This document shows, one piece after another, positions 20,587 to 31,227 of a stretch of DNA of 64,000 nt; positions within the stretch are counted from its first letter, which is position 1, and each line of letters starts with the position of its first letter. This DNA comes from Acidobacteriota bacterium (GTDB lineage: Bacteria > Acidobacteriota > UBA890 > WLXD01). The DNA is taken from the NCBI GenBank assembly GCA_965248695.1, contig CBDFKD010000002.1, positions 1,984,001 to 2,048,000 of the forward strand, read 5' to 3'. The notes beneath the pieces are model-generated. The model was not told the origin of the DNA. It searched no databases and saw only the letters and a program-made list of their open reading frames with translations. Both the position numbers and the translations under genes were made by a program.

Positions 20587-20802
20587 TGCACACGTCCTTT
20601 CGAAAGGGAGTACCGCGCTCCGGGCGCGGGTGATTTCGCACATGGTTCCGGGCTCGTGCCCAGCCGGCTGTACCACCGTCAGGACGACGGTTGGCGAGCG
20701 GGTCTGCGAGCCGGTCCTCTCTCCGCTCTCTCCATGCCGCGGCCCCTGGCCGCGTCGTGTTTGAGCCCGTTTCATCCCTCCTGGCTACCTGTAATCCCAC
20801 CC

Positions 20803-20829
20803 AAAAAGCCCGCGGCAGATGCCGCGAGC
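20803..20829 (-). terminator. Intrinsic terminator (possible attenuator)
   Basis: Minus strand GCTCGCGGCA-TC-TGCCGCGGGC-TTTTT. Confidence 0.8.
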
Positions 20830-20982
20830 GCGGCAACTTAGATGGTCTCTGCTTGCTGCCCCGCGCGGCCCATCAAGTTGCTGCAAATCACCGCTACGGT
20901 ACGCACAGATTTACCACGCCAGGCCGCCACGTTCAACGACAGCAACGCGGCGCCAACCGAGGTGTGTACCGTAGCCCCCGCT

Positions 20983-22461
20983 TCAGCTCGATCGAGCGTC
21001 GTGGAACAACCGGTCCAAGACCGGCGAATCGACCGTTGGAGAGCGTATGGAGATGACGACGTACAGCAAGGTCGAGAACACCACCGCCGGGAGGATCTGA
21101 TGCACGGTGGAGGCGATCGGCAATCGAGGCCACAGCAGCAGGGTGGTCATCCCGCCGGCGAACGACGCCAGAACCGCGGCTCCGGTGCCGCGACGCCAGT
21201 AGAGCCCCAGCAGCACCGCCGGGGCGAAGCAGGCGGCGAACACGGCACCCGACAGCACCGTCAGCGACACGATACCGCCCGGCGGCCGCAACGCAATGAG
21301 CGCCGTGATCAACGCGAACAGCGCCACCCACAATCGTGTCCTGCGAAGCTCACCGCCTGCGACTCCACTGCCGCCGAGCACGCTCGCGATATCGCGCTCG
21401 GCCGTCGACGCCATCACGAGCAGCACGCTGTCGAGCGACGACATCGCCGCCGCCACCATCGCCAGCAGCAGGAACGCGGTCACGCCAGGGGTAAATACCT
21501 CGCCCCCGGTCAGCAACAGCGGGACGACCTGGTCGGTGTCGTCAATTCCACTCGGGTAGATACGCCGCGCGTACAGACCCAGCGGCACCAGCAGCGAGTA
21601 GACCAGCGCGAACGACAGCGTCGAGGTCCAGAATCCGGCGCGCACGGCATCGACGCTCTCCAGTGCGTAGAACCGCGACAGCTGGCGTGGCTCGGTGACG
21701 AACTTCGCCGTGCCCGCCATCAACACCCCGAGGACGTAGACGAACGGCACAGCGCCATTCCAGGAAAACAGGTGCGCGGTCTCCAGCGAGTCGCGGACCT
21801 CGGCGAGGGAGCCCAGTCCACCGGCAGCTCGGACCGTTCCGGTGAACAGCAGCACGGCGGCGACAATCATCACCACACCCTGTACCGCATCGGTCTTGAC
21901 CACAGAGATGAAGCCGCCGGCCATCGTGTACGCCACCACGATCACGAACACGACCACGATGGCCGCCTCGTACGGGATCTCCAGGAACACCTGGACCAGC
22001 GTGCCGACGCCTTTGAAGACCGCGGTCATGTAGAAGAAGCTGGCGAACAGGACGATCACCGCCGCCACGATTCGGGCGCGTGTGCTTTCGAACCGGAACC
22101 CGATGAAGTCGGGAATGGTCAGCGATCCCAACTCCTCCGTGAAGCCGCGCAGCCGCGGCGCCACGCAACGCCACGCCAACGCCGACATGATCACGGTGAG
22201 CGGCGCCAGCAGCAGCCACGCGATTCCCCAGTCGTAGCTCTGTCCAGCGAATCCGATGAAGCTGTTGGTGCTCGAGTAGGTGGCAAAGAAAGAAAGCCCG
22301 AGGGTCACCCCGCCCATCGAGCGACCGCCGACGTAGTAGTCCGCCAGCCCGCGCGTCTCCCGATTGCCCCTCCAGGCATGGTAGGCCAGCATAGCCGTGT
22401 AGAGAGCCAGGAGGAGGTGCACCGGCCAGTACGCCACCAGCGAATCGATGATCGCGCTCAT
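20983..22461 (-). CDS. Sodium:solute symporter (PutP/PanF-like)
   Basis: YYVGGRSMG, ATYSSTNSFIG, TIPDFIGFRF, VKTDAVQG, AAAMSSLDS. Confidence 0.93.
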   Translation of the reverse strand: MSAIIDSLVAYWPVHLLLALYTAMLAYHAWRGNRETRGLADYYVGGRSMGGVTLGLSFFATYSSTNSFIGFAGQSYDWGIAWLLLAPLTVIMSALAWRCVAPRLRGFTEELGSLTIPDFIGFRFESTRARIVAAVIVLFASFFYMTAVFKGVGTLVQVFLEIPYEAAIVVVFVIVVAYTMAGGFISVVKTDAVQGVVMIVAAVLLFTGTVRAAGGLGSLAEVRDSLETAHLFSWNGAVPFVYVLGVLMAGTAKFVTEPRQLSRFYALESVDAVRAGFWTSTLSFALVYSLLVPLGLYARRIYPSGIDDTDQVVPLLLTGGEVFTPGVTAFLLLAMVAAAMSSLDSVLLVMASTAERDIASVLGGSGVAGGELRRTRLWVALFALITALIALRPPGGIVSLTVLSGAVFAACFAPAVLLGLYWRRGTGAAVLASFAGGMTTLLLWPRLPIASTVHQILPAVVFSTLLYVVISIRSPTVDSPVLDRLFHDARSS

Positions 22462-22462
22462 C

Positions 22463-24028
22463 TCATCGGGATCCCGTGAAATACGGCCGCAGCGCGGGCT
22501 TGGTCACCTTGCCCATCGAGTTACGCGGCAGCTCCTCGAGGTAGTGCAGGTGGCGCGGCACCTTGTAGGGAGCCAGCCGCTCCTTGCACCAGCCTCGAAT
22601 CGCTTCTGTGCTTGGCGGGTCGCCACCGGCAACGACGACCGCGGCGCACACGCGCTCGCCCCACTCCTCGTCAGCGACACCAACTACGGCCACGTCGGCG
22701 ACATCGGCATGCTGGCGCATGGTCTCCTCGATCTCCAGTGCGGAGACCTTGTATCCCCCGGTCTTGATGATGTCGACGCTGCGGCGCCCGAGAATACGGA
22801 AGTAGCTCCCGTCCAGCTGGCCCTCGTCGCCGGTCATGAACCAGCCGTCTCGGAACGCGGCCGTGGTCTCGTCGGCACGGTGCCAGTACTCATCGAACAC
22901 CTGGGGGCCGCGCACTTCGATATGCCCGGAAGTCCCGGGCGCCACCTCGGCACCGGCGCGATCCACGATGCGCACGTCGACGCCGGGCAATGGCTGTCCC
23001 ACCGTGCCGGCACGGCGCTCGCCTTCGAGCGGGTTCGACAGCGCCATGCCGATCTCTGTCATGCCGTAACGCTCCAGCAGACGCTGTCCGGTGATCTCCT
23101 GCCAGCGTTCCATCGTCGCGGCCGGCAACGCCGCGGACCCGGAGGTCATCAAGCGCAGGCCAGCCGTACCGCGCGACCAGCGCGCTCGGACCTCGGCCGA
23201 GGCGTGCTCCCAGGCGCCGATCAGACGTCCATAGATCGTCGGGACGGCCATGAAAACGGTGATGTCGCCGCCTGCCAATCGCTCCCAGACCACGTCGGCG
23301 TCGAACGGCGCGGAGAACTCGCAACAAGCGCCCGCCCACAGCGCTGTATCCATCGCTACGATGATCCCGTGCACGTGGTGCAAGGGCAGCACATGCAGGA
23401 TGCGATCGTCGGGCCGCCAGCCCCAAGCCCGCGCCAGCGCCGTCATCTGCGCCTGGACCATCGAGTGCGTCGTCACGACCCCCTTCGGCGCGCCCGTCGT
23501 GCCGCTGGTGTAGACCATCAGCGCCGGGCGCTCGGCGGCCACCTCCGGTAACGGTCTCACCTCGGCCTCATCGCGCAGCCGGCGCGTCTCCAGGAGTCCG
23601 ACTCCCGCAGCGTCGGCAATGTCGCTCAACCGCACCGCCCCGGTATCAGAACCGATCAGAGCAACAGGCTCACAGTCGGCAACGGCACGCTCGAGCTCGG
23701 GCTGCGGGTGCGACAGAGCCAGCGGCACAGCCACCCCGCCGGCGCGCCAAATGCCCCACTGCACGGCTACGTGATCGACGCCCGGCGGCTCGAGAAACGC
23801 CACCCGCTGCTCGCCCAGGTCGCTCTTTTCACCCAGCAGGGCAGCTGCGATCGCTGCCGAACGTGCCAGCAGCGCTGAATACGTCGCTGTTCCACCCGTT
23901 CCGTCGACCGCCAGGCGATCACCGAAGCTCCCGGCTCTGCGAGCAAGCTCCAATCCCATGGGCGTAGACTCTACACACGCGGCACCGACTGGGTTCGATC
24001 CAGCCCCGGCGTCGAACACCTCTGACAC
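22463..24028 (-). CDS. Acyl-CoA synthetase, MatB/ACSF3 (malonyl-CoA synthetase)-like
   Basis: YTSGTTGAPKG, LPLHHVHG, ERYGMTE, PRNSMGKV; true start may be 23959. Confidence 0.85.
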   Translation of the reverse strand: MSEVFDAGAGSNPVGAACVESTPMGLELARRAGSFGDRLAVDGTGGTATYSALLARSAAIAAALLGEKSDLGEQRVAFLEPPGVDHVAVQWGIWRAGGVAVPLALSHPQPELERAVADCEPVALIGSDTGAVRLSDIADAAGVGLLETRRLRDEAEVRPLPEVAAERPALMVYTSGTTGAPKGVVTTHSMVQAQMTALARAWGWRPDDRILHVLPLHHVHGIIVAMDTALWAGACCEFSAPFDADVVWERLAGGDITVFMAVPTIYGRLIGAWEHASAEVRARWSRGTAGLRLMTSGSAALPAATMERWQEITGQRLLERYGMTEIGMALSNPLEGERRAGTVGQPLPGVDVRIVDRAGAEVAPGTSGHIEVRGPQVFDEYWHRADETTAAFRDGWFMTGDEGQLDGSYFRILGRRSVDIIKTGGYKVSALEIEETMRQHADVADVAVVGVADEEWGERVCAAVVVAGGDPPSTEAIRGWCKERLAPYKVPRHLHYLEELPRNSMGKVTKPALRPYFTGSR

Positions 24029-24157
24029 TGGGTGACCAGCACCTCGGGCAGCAGCTCGAGACCGTTCCCGGTCTCACAGCCGCGCTGTTGTACTCTCGCT
24101 GGTGCTGCGGATAGATTGCACAGGTGCTCGCAAGCCGTGAGCCTAGGAGCTCGTCCG

Positions 24158-26476
24158 ATGAAGCGGTCCCGCCACGCCGTTCTGACCTTTGCGCTGCTGT
24201 TGTTACCATCCGCAGTCGCACTGTCCTCCTCGAAGGGCGCGATCGCGGCGATCCATCCGGACGCCATGGCCCATCCCGGGCTCGGTATCGTCCAGGAAGC
24301 CCTCCCGGCTCAGGCGCCGCTGTTCCGTAGCGCCGTGACACGGGTGCGTGTCGACGCCATCGTCACCGACGACGACGGCAATTTCGTCGACAACCTTTCT
24401 CGGGAAGATTTCCGAATCTCCGAGGACGGCGTCGAGCAGCAGATTCTCAATGTTCAGCTGGTAGACCTTGATACCGGCGAAACGGTCGACGTGGGTTCGC
24501 AATCTGCCGCCCACGTGCGCACTAGCTCGAGTGCCGGCGGCAACGATGCGTACGCGGCAGGTGCGGAGCCCACACCGATCGCCAGAACGCCCGGCACGCT
24601 CGGTGCGATCGTCTACCTGGTCGACCTGCCGAGCCTGGATCCGAAAAACAAGCCCAGGCTGGCCGAGACTTTCACCGACTTCATCAAGGGTTCCGAGACA
24701 CTGCACGTTCCGCGTAGCGTGTTCATGATCGACCAGCATGGCCAAGTGCAGGAGCTCGCCCCCCTGACCGCCGATCGTGACGTGCTACGCGAGGCGGCCA
24801 AGAAGTTGTCTTCGGCCAGGCTGACACGCAAGACCATCTTCACGCGCATGACGACGGACTACGAGCCCATAATGGAGCTGGCGATCGAGGCCGTGAACTC
24901 CGCCACCTCGGGCGCCGGTTTCGTACGGGGGACACCGAACCTAGTTAATGTAAGAGTGCGCGAGATCGTCGGGAACCTGGAAGAACAGGCGCGGCGAGAC
25001 GGTGATCTGGAGCGCGATCGGGGTGAGGCGACACTCACCACCCTTCTCCGCTTCACCAACGCCCTGTCGGCCATGGAGGGGCGCACGGCGCTGGTGTGGA
25101 TCTCCTCCGGGGCGCTGCTCAGCGAGGGCGGCCCATACCAAGCCTACGCTGCCGCCGTCCGCGAGGCGGTTGGCGTAGAGGCCGGCCGGTCGCAGCTCGG
25201 TCGCGCGGCGCCGAACCGTCGCATCCTCGACCTCATGGACGAGCTCTACGAGGTGGCGAACACCGGCAACGTGAGCATCTATACGGTCGACCCGCGACCG
25301 ATCTCCGAGCTCAACAACCTTGGAACCGGCGCGGAAGTCGGCAACAACCTGGTCTCGCAGGCACTGCGTCGGCACGTCCGGCCAGCCTACCGCGATCTCA
25401 CCGCGCCGCTGCACGACGTTGCCAACAAGACCGGTGGGCGCGCGTTCATCGGCTGGAGCAACCTGTCGGATGCGTTCACGCAGCAGGCCGACGATGCGAG
25501 CCGTTTCTACCTGATCTTCTACGAGCCGCCGGCGCCACACGCCGACGGCGAGTACCACGAGATCGAGGTGACGCTGAACAAGCCGGACTTGGGCATCCGC
25601 GCCCGATCCGGCTACCGGGATCTGCCGGATTCCGAGCTCAAGATCCGCAAGATCGCCGCCGCCCTGGCGCTGCCCGGCTCGATGATGGGCCGCCCGGTTC
25701 CCACCGCAGCGTACCAGCGCTTCACCGATGAAGGCACGCCGACCATTCTGCTGGTGGCCGGTCTGCCGCTGCCGGCGGAGTCGGTCAACGGCAGCTGGGC
25801 CCCTGCATTCGGAGGCCTCGATATCTCCGGGCCGACGCCGGCCGCCGAGGGCGGCTGGCTGGAGGCGGGCGGAATCCCGTACTTCCGCGTCCACGCCATC
25901 GCTCTGAACCGCGCCGGTATCGTCGGCGGCGAGAGCCACGAGGTGGTGCAGGCGAGGCCAGACCTGTACCGCTATGCACCCGACGCTGCCTTCCGTCATT
26001 TCCGCTACACCACCGAGTGGAATGTCGAGCCCGGCGAATACAATCTGCGCATGGTGGTGGCCGAGGACGGCGGCGACCGCGTCGGGACGGCACGTCTCAA
26101 GGTCGAAGTACCTTCGTCAGACGACGGCTGGGGAATGGCCGACCCGATGCTCGTGGCAGTGGATCGGCGCGGACTGACGCCGCTGCTGGGGCAGGGTGTA
26201 CCGGAGGGCATGCCGATTGCGGCCAGTGTCCAGGTCGTGCATGGCATCGAACCGTTCGTGTCGGCGGCGATCTTCCGGCGCGATGCGCGCCGGTCGGTTG
26301 CGGATGTGGCCGGGCAGTCGCTGCCACCGGTCAGCCTGACGCTGCATCGAGGGGCGCTGCACCTGCCATCCAACCTCGAGCCGGGCAACTACCTGGTGGA
26401 GGTGCGGGTCATCGACGCCGACGCCGACGGACAGGCGATTCGGCTGCTGCCACTGCAGATAATCGCTGGCAACTAG
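24158..26476 (+). CDS. Exported VWA-domain protein (Acidobacterial VWFA-like)
   Basis: PLFRSAV, DFRISEDG, IYTVDPR, TGGRAF, FYLIFY, RARSGY. Confidence 0.85.
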   Translation: MKRSRHAVLTFALLLLPSAVALSSSKGAIAAIHPDAMAHPGLGIVQEALPAQAPLFRSAVTRVRVDAIVTDDDGNFVDNLSREDFRISEDGVEQQILNVQLVDLDTGETVDVGSQSAAHVRTSSSAGGNDAYAAGAEPTPIARTPGTLGAIVYLVDLPSLDPKNKPRLAETFTDFIKGSETLHVPRSVFMIDQHGQVQELAPLTADRDVLREAAKKLSSARLTRKTIFTRMTTDYEPIMELAIEAVNSATSGAGFVRGTPNLVNVRVREIVGNLEEQARRDGDLERDRGEATLTTLLRFTNALSAMEGRTALVWISSGALLSEGGPYQAYAAAVREAVGVEAGRSQLGRAAPNRRILDLMDELYEVANTGNVSIYTVDPRPISELNNLGTGAEVGNNLVSQALRRHVRPAYRDLTAPLHDVANKTGGRAFIGWSNLSDAFTQQADDASRFYLIFYEPPAPHADGEYHEIEVTLNKPDLGIRARSGYRDLPDSELKIRKIAAALALPGSMMGRPVPTAAYQRFTDEGTPTILLVAGLPLPAESVNGSWAPAFGGLDISGPTPAAEGGWLEAGGIPYFRVHAIALNRAGIVGGESHEVVQARPDLYRYAPDAAFRHFRYTTEWNVEPGEYNLRMVVAEDGGDRVGTARLKVEVPSSDDGWGMADPMLVAVDRRGLTPLLGQGVPEGMPIAASVQVVHGIEPFVSAAIFRRDARRSVADVAGQSLPPVSLTLHRGALHLPSNLEPGNYLVEVRVIDADADGQAIRLLPLQIIAGN

Positions 26477-26535
26477 TGGACTGCAACGGCTGAACGTTTA
26501 GTACAGCGGCGAGAGCGCGGCGCCAGGCGGGGCGT

Positions 26536-27768
26536 CTAGGAAGCGCCCTGGCCCGGCTCCGTGGCGTTTACCAGCGCCCCCATGTTGCCGTAGGGGTGCC
26601 GGTTCTCGTGCATCTGCTGGTGCGCCTCGCCGATCTCGTCGAACGCGAACGTGTGCGACAGACACGGGTCCACCTTCTTGTCGATGATCAACTGGTTGAC
26701 CGCTGCCGCCTGCTCGTCGTTGGACAGGTGGCTACCCTGGAAACGCTTCTGGCGCATCCAGTGATAGCGCAGGTCGAGCGTGGCGTTGTATCCAGTCGTG
26801 CCCGCACAGATCACCACCATGCCTCCGGTGGAGGCAACGAAGATCGAGGTCGGGATCGTCGCCTCACCCGGGTGGTCAAACACGATCGTCGGGCTCACTC
26901 GCTCTCCGGCGGCTTCCCAGATCGCCTTGCCGAAACCTCGCGCTCCCTTCGCCCAGGCGCCGTACTCCGGCGTGTTGGTGTCGGGCATCACCCCCCAGTG
27001 GTCGAAGTCCTTGCGGTTGATCACGCCGATGGCGCCGAGCCGTTTGCAGAACTCGACCTTGTCGTCGTTGGAGACCACCGCGATCGGACGGCCGCCTACA
27101 GCCGCGGCGATCTGGATCCCCATCGAGCCGAGGCCCCCGGCCCCGCCCCAGATCAGCACGACATCGTCAGGCTCGACGACGTTCGGCGCCCATCCCATCA
27201 GCATTCGGTAGGCGGTCGAGGCGCATAGCATGTAGCAACCCGCCTGCTCCCAGGTGAGATGCTTCGGTTTCGGCTGACACTGGTGCGCCTGCGCCTTGGC
27301 GAACTGGCAGAAGCTACCGTAGTTGGTCTGGTAGCCCCAGATCTTGGTGCTCTCGGCCAGCATCGGATCGCGTCCCGACAGCACCCATGGATCCTCCGGG
27401 TGCCACCAGCCGCTGTGAACCACCACCTCGTCGCCGGGGCTCACGTTGGTAACCTGGTCGCCGACCTTCCAGACGATCCCAGAGCAGTCGCTGCCCCCAG
27501 CGTGAAAGTCCTCCGGCTCACCGGCTTTTTGGCGCACCGCGATCACATCGAGCGGCTTGCCTAGCGCCGCCCAGACGTTGTTGTAGTTGATGCCCGTCGC
27601 CATGTTGTAGATCAGTACCTCGTCCGGGCCGATCGCGGGCGTCGGGATGACCTCGGGCTTGAACGCGTCGCGAGGCTCGCCGAAACGGTCCTGCCGGATG
27701 ATGCAGGCGTGCATCTCTTCGGGAACCTCACCGAGTGGCGGACGTTCTCCAAGCTCACAGATCTTCAT
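26536..27768 (-). CDS. ccrA: Crotonyl-CoA carboxylase/reductase
   Basis: [37 protein letters not shown]; AGGAG RBS. Confidence 0.92.
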   Translation of the reverse strand: MKICELGERPPLGEVPEEMHACIIRQDRFGEPRDAFKPEVIPTPAIGPDEVLIYNMATGINYNNVWAALGKPLDVIAVRQKAGEPEDFHAGGSDCSGIVWKVGDQVTNVSPGDEVVVHSGWWHPEDPWVLSGRDPMLAESTKIWGYQTNYGSFCQFAKAQAHQCQPKPKHLTWEQAGCYMLCASTAYRMLMGWAPNVVEPDDVVLIWGGAGGLGSMGIQIAAAVGGRPIAVVSNDDKVEFCKRLGAIGVINRKDFDHWGVMPDTNTPEYGAWAKGARGFGKAIWEAAGERVSPTIVFDHPGEATIPTSIFVASTGGMVVICAGTTGYNATLDLRYHWMRQKRFQGSHLSNDEQAAAVNQLIIDKKVDPCLSHTFAFDEIGEAHQQMHENRHPYGNMGALVNATEPGQGAS

Positions 27769-27929
27769 CGAGGTCTCCTGACCGAGGCGGTTCTCAAGCC
27801 TTGCAAACGAGCGGGCTCCGGCCACACGCCAGCACGGCGGTGGCTCTTCTCATATCGCCGTTCGGCGCGCCGATGTCAAGTCGGCACCAGCGTCGGGTCC
27901 GGCCTCCGACACCTGCTAGGGTCCCTCCC

Positions 27930-28742
27930 ATGCGTGCATCCAACCCCACAGAGGCCCTCGAGGCGGTGCTCCGCAACGACCGGATGCTCGTGTTGGGCGG
28001 GTTGATTGTCGGCTCGCTGCTGGCCTGGGCCTACACCGTCATGCTGGCCTCGCGCGAGCTTCCACACTTGCACGGGGGGCACATCGGCGTGGCCCGGACG
28101 CTCGCCTGGGATCCGGCAGACGTGGGGCTGCTGTTTGTCATGTGGGCGGTCATGATGACCGCGATGATGGTTCCGACCGCGGCACCGATGGTGCTGGCCT
28201 TCGCCAAGATAAAGCGCCAACAAGACCCCGACATGGGACTCTCGTCGCCGGTCATCGCGTTCGTGCTGGGCTACGTTGCTGTGTGGACTCTGTTCAGCGG
28301 TCTGGCAACCGTCGTGGAGTGGCGGCTTCACGTCACTGCGCTCGTGACCGACGACGGCGCCGCGGCCAATCCGCTCTTCGGCGGACTGCTCTTGCTCGCC
28401 GCTGGCCTCTTCCAGTGGACGCCCTTGAAACACGCCTGTCTCAGACACTGCCGATCACCGCTGGCCTTCTTCATGACCAGCTGGCGCGACGGCTGGCGCG
28501 GCGCCCTGGCCATGGGACTCGAGCACGGGATCTACTGCGTCGGTTGTTGTTGGGCGCTGATGGCTCTGATGTTCTTTGCCGGGGTGATGAACTTGCTATG
28601 GCTGGCGGCCATCGCCGCCTTTGTCTTGCTGGAGAAGATCACCCGAGCGCCGCAGCTGGTGAGCTATGCGGGCGGCGTCCTGCTGACGGCCTGGGGCCTG
28701 TACCTGATCAGCCTTGCTGTTGGGCAGGTGCTAATCTCCTGA
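27930..28742 (+). CDS. DUF2182 metal-binding membrane protein
   Basis: MWAVMMTAMMVP, QWTPLKHACLRHCRSP, CVGCCWALM, LEK. Confidence 0.92.
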   Translation: MRASNPTEALEAVLRNDRMLVLGGLIVGSLLAWAYTVMLASRELPHLHGGHIGVARTLAWDPADVGLLFVMWAVMMTAMMVPTAAPMVLAFAKIKRQQDPDMGLSSPVIAFVLGYVAVWTLFSGLATVVEWRLHVTALVTDDGAAANPLFGGLLLLAAGLFQWTPLKHACLRHCRSPLAFFMTSWRDGWRGALAMGLEHGIYCVGCCWALMALMFFAGVMNLLWLAAIAAFVLLEKITRAPQLVSYAGGVLLTAWGLYLISLAVGQVLIS

Positions 28743-28768
28743 GTCGAGAATCGGCAACGGGAGGAGAC

Positions 28769-29380
28769 ATGGCCGCACGCTGGAGAATTCGTGGCGAGAT
28801 CGTGTTGAGCTGTAACTGCGACGTCTTCTGCCCCTGCGTCGTCTCGCTCGGCACCGCCGAGCCCAGTCACGGTGTCTGCCACACCTGGTACACGATCAAT
28901 ATCCACGAGGGCAACGCCGGCCGGCTGAAGCTCGACGGCCTCAAGGTGGCGGCATTGATGGATGTACCGGGCGCGCTCGCCGAAGGGGGCTGGACCGTAG
29001 CGCTCTACATCGACAAGAAGGCGACCCCGGCAAAGGCCAAGGCGCTCGAGCAGATTCTCTCTGGCAAGGCAGGAGGCCCGGTCTCGTGGTTCTCGATCAT
29101 GATCGCGAACTTTCTCGGTACCAAGCGAGTGCCGATCAGCTTCGAGAAAGAGGGGCGTGGCTGGCGTATCGGCATCCCCAAGATCATCGATGGCCACGTG
29201 GAACCGATCAAAGGCCGCAACGGCAAGGGCGTCACGAAGGTCACCAACAGCGCCTATTGGATGTCTCCCGATATCGTCGTGTGCCAGGGAACCGTGAGCA
29301 AGTTCCGGGATTGGGGACGCAACTGGAACCTCACCGGCCAGAGCGGTGAGTACGCCAAGATCGACTGGGAAGGGCCCTAG
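28769..29380 (+). CDS. DUF1326 protein
   Basis: 3' part of ORF 28142-29380; GGAG RBS; SCNCDVFCPC motif. Confidence 0.9.
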   Translation: MAARWRIRGEIVLSCNCDVFCPCVVSLGTAEPSHGVCHTWYTINIHEGNAGRLKLDGLKVAALMDVPGALAEGGWTVALYIDKKATPAKAKALEQILSGKAGGPVSWFSIMIANFLGTKRVPISFEKEGRGWRIGIPKIIDGHVEPIKGRNGKGVTKVTNSAYWMSPDIVVCQGTVSKFRDWGRNWNLTGQSGEYAKIDWEGP

Positions 29381-29457
29381 CAGGTCGTGGTGAAAGTGTG
29401 GTGGGTCTGGTTACGGCGAGTTGGGGGACCAGTGGAGGACCCGCCCCGCCGGGTTTG

Positions 29458-31227
29458 CTAGTCGCGCCGCGCGACGATGCCGCGTTCCTGATCGACGACG
29501 ATGCGCCCTGGTGCGACATCCGTGAGCACCGTCTCCTCACCGACCCCCCAGGAAACGCGCAGCTCGTCGGCTCTCCCGGACGGCAAGTAGATGAGCAACC
29601 GCGCATCGTTGCTCCCGAGGTAGCCGTCGCCGCTGCTCAACTGCAGCACCTGCACATCGTCGCCGGATCGCACCACGAGCCGGGATCCGTAGCCCATCCG
29701 GTTCGCGTCGCGCCCCACGAGTCGCACCTGTAGCGCCGCCAGTTGCGACTGGGTGTCGTTGCGCAGGAGATCCGGAGATCCGTTGAGGTTGGTCACCAGC
29801 ACGTCCGCATCGGCGTCGTTGTCGTAGTCGCCGACGAGGGCAGCGCGCGACGTTGCCTCGATCGCCATTCCGGATCCGGCCGAGGCGCCAACCTCTTCAA
29901 AACGTGCGGCGCCGGTCTCCCGCAGGCGATTCAGCGACAACAGGTTGCGTTGCGCATACGGCTCGTATTCGTCGAGCTGCGGATAGATGTGCCCGTTGGC
30001 GACGAACACATCAGCGTCGGCGTCGCCGTCAGGGTCGAAGAACTGCACCGCCCAACCCATGTACGGGAGGCTACTCGCCGCCAGGCCGAGCAACTGGCTA
30101 ACCTCCTCGAAAGCGCAGTCACCCAGGTTGCGATAAAGCGCATTGTTGTCGTTCTGGAAGTTGCTGACCAGCACGTCAAACTGCCCGTCGGCGTCGAAAT
30201 CCGCCGCTGTCGCACCCATCCCGGCCTGCTCCAGCCCTTCGCTGCTGTACCCGGCGCCTGAGAACAACCCCCACTCATCAAGCACCCCGGCATCGTCACG
30301 CCGATACAGCAGGTTGATGGTCGAGTCGTTGGCGACGTAGATCTCGGAGCGGGCGTCGCCGTCGCAATCGGTGGCCACGAGCGCCAACCCGTAGGTCGAT
30401 TCGCGGTCGACTCGCTGGGTAGGCCAGGGCTCGAACCTGCCGTCGGCGCGGTTCCTGAAGAACCGATCGCGCGCCCCGTCGAGCCCCTCCGGCCCGCAGA
30501 AGACGTCTATGCCCTGGTAGATGCAATAGCGATCGCCCAGCGTCGGGGTGGCGGCGCCGTCGAATTCGACGTACTTGGTGACATAAAGATCGAGCCATCC
30601 GTCGGCATCCCAGTCAACGAAACCGGCGCTCGCACCCCAGCCCTCATCTTCGACGCCGGCCGGCCAAACGCTGAAGGTCCCGTCACCGTTGTTGCGATAC
30701 AGCCGGTCCGGACCAATCGCGGTGACCAGCAGGTCGGGGAAGCCATCGTTGTCGACGTCCGCAACCGCGGCTCCGTTGCCCCAGACACGATCACCGGCGC
30801 CGCCTCCGTCGGCTACGGGATCGTAGCCGTCGTGCCGGCGTCGGAAGAGGCGGTGCCCACCGCTGCCGCGCCGGCCGGCGAGGCCGGCGATCGAAGCGGC
30901 GACCGGATCGACGCCCGGGCCCTCCAGGCCGTTCACCAGGAACAGGTCGAGCCCACCATCGCGATCGAAATCGAGCCAGGCACCACCAGATCCGCCGAAC
31001 TCCGATATGTATGCCTTGTCGACGCCGCCGTACTGGTGCTCGAAACTGATCCCGGCGTTGTCCGGCACCCGTACGAAGTGGACGCCCTGCGCCTGCGCGA
31101 GCGCCGCACACAGGACGGTAGCGACAAACACGCCCGCTCCGAGCCGGTTGCCGGGCGCGCGCCATGCTGGACCGGACGGCGGCTGGTCCGCGGCGCGGCG
31201 ATCCCGGTCAACTTCGCGTCGAGTCAT
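29458..31227 (-). CDS. CRTAC1/ASPIC-UnbV FG-GAP repeat protein
   Basis: Repeated DxDxDG motifs; C-terminal ASPIC-like NRMGYGSRL...GYLG. Confidence 0.9.
   Translation of the reverse strand: MTRREVDRDRRAADQPPSGPAWRAPGNRLGAGVFVATVLCAALAQAQGVHFVRVPDNAGISFEHQYGGVDKAYISEFGGSGGAWLDFDRDGGLDLFLVNGLEGPGVDPVAASIAGLAGRRGSGGHRLFRRRHDGYDPVADGGGAGDRVWGNGAAVADVDNDGFPDLLVTAIGPDRLYRNNGDGTFSVWPAGVEDEGWGASAGFVDWDADGWLDLYVTKYVEFDGAATPTLGDRYCIYQGIDVFCGPEGLDGARDRFFRNRADGRFEPWPTQRVDRESTYGLALVATDCDGDARSEIYVANDSTINLLYRRDDAGVLDEWGLFSGAGYSSEGLEQAGMGATAADFDADGQFDVLVSNFQNDNNALYRNLGDCAFEEVSQLLGLAASSLPYMGWAVQFFDPDGDADADVFVANGHIYPQLDEYEPYAQRNLLSLNRLRETGAARFEEVGASAGSGMAIEATSRAALVGDYDNDADADVLVTNLNGSPDLLRNDTQSQLAALQVRLVGRDANRMGYGSRLVVRSGDDVQVLQLSSGDGYLGSNDARLLIYLPSGRADELRVSWGVGEETVLTDVAPGRIVVDQERGIVARRD

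Noticed and set aside
20590-20980. tmRNA, RNase P, SRP or 6S identity for the structured region
   Set aside because: I could not see their hallmark features (tRNA-like ends, GAGGAAAGUCC, SRP loop, single long rod).
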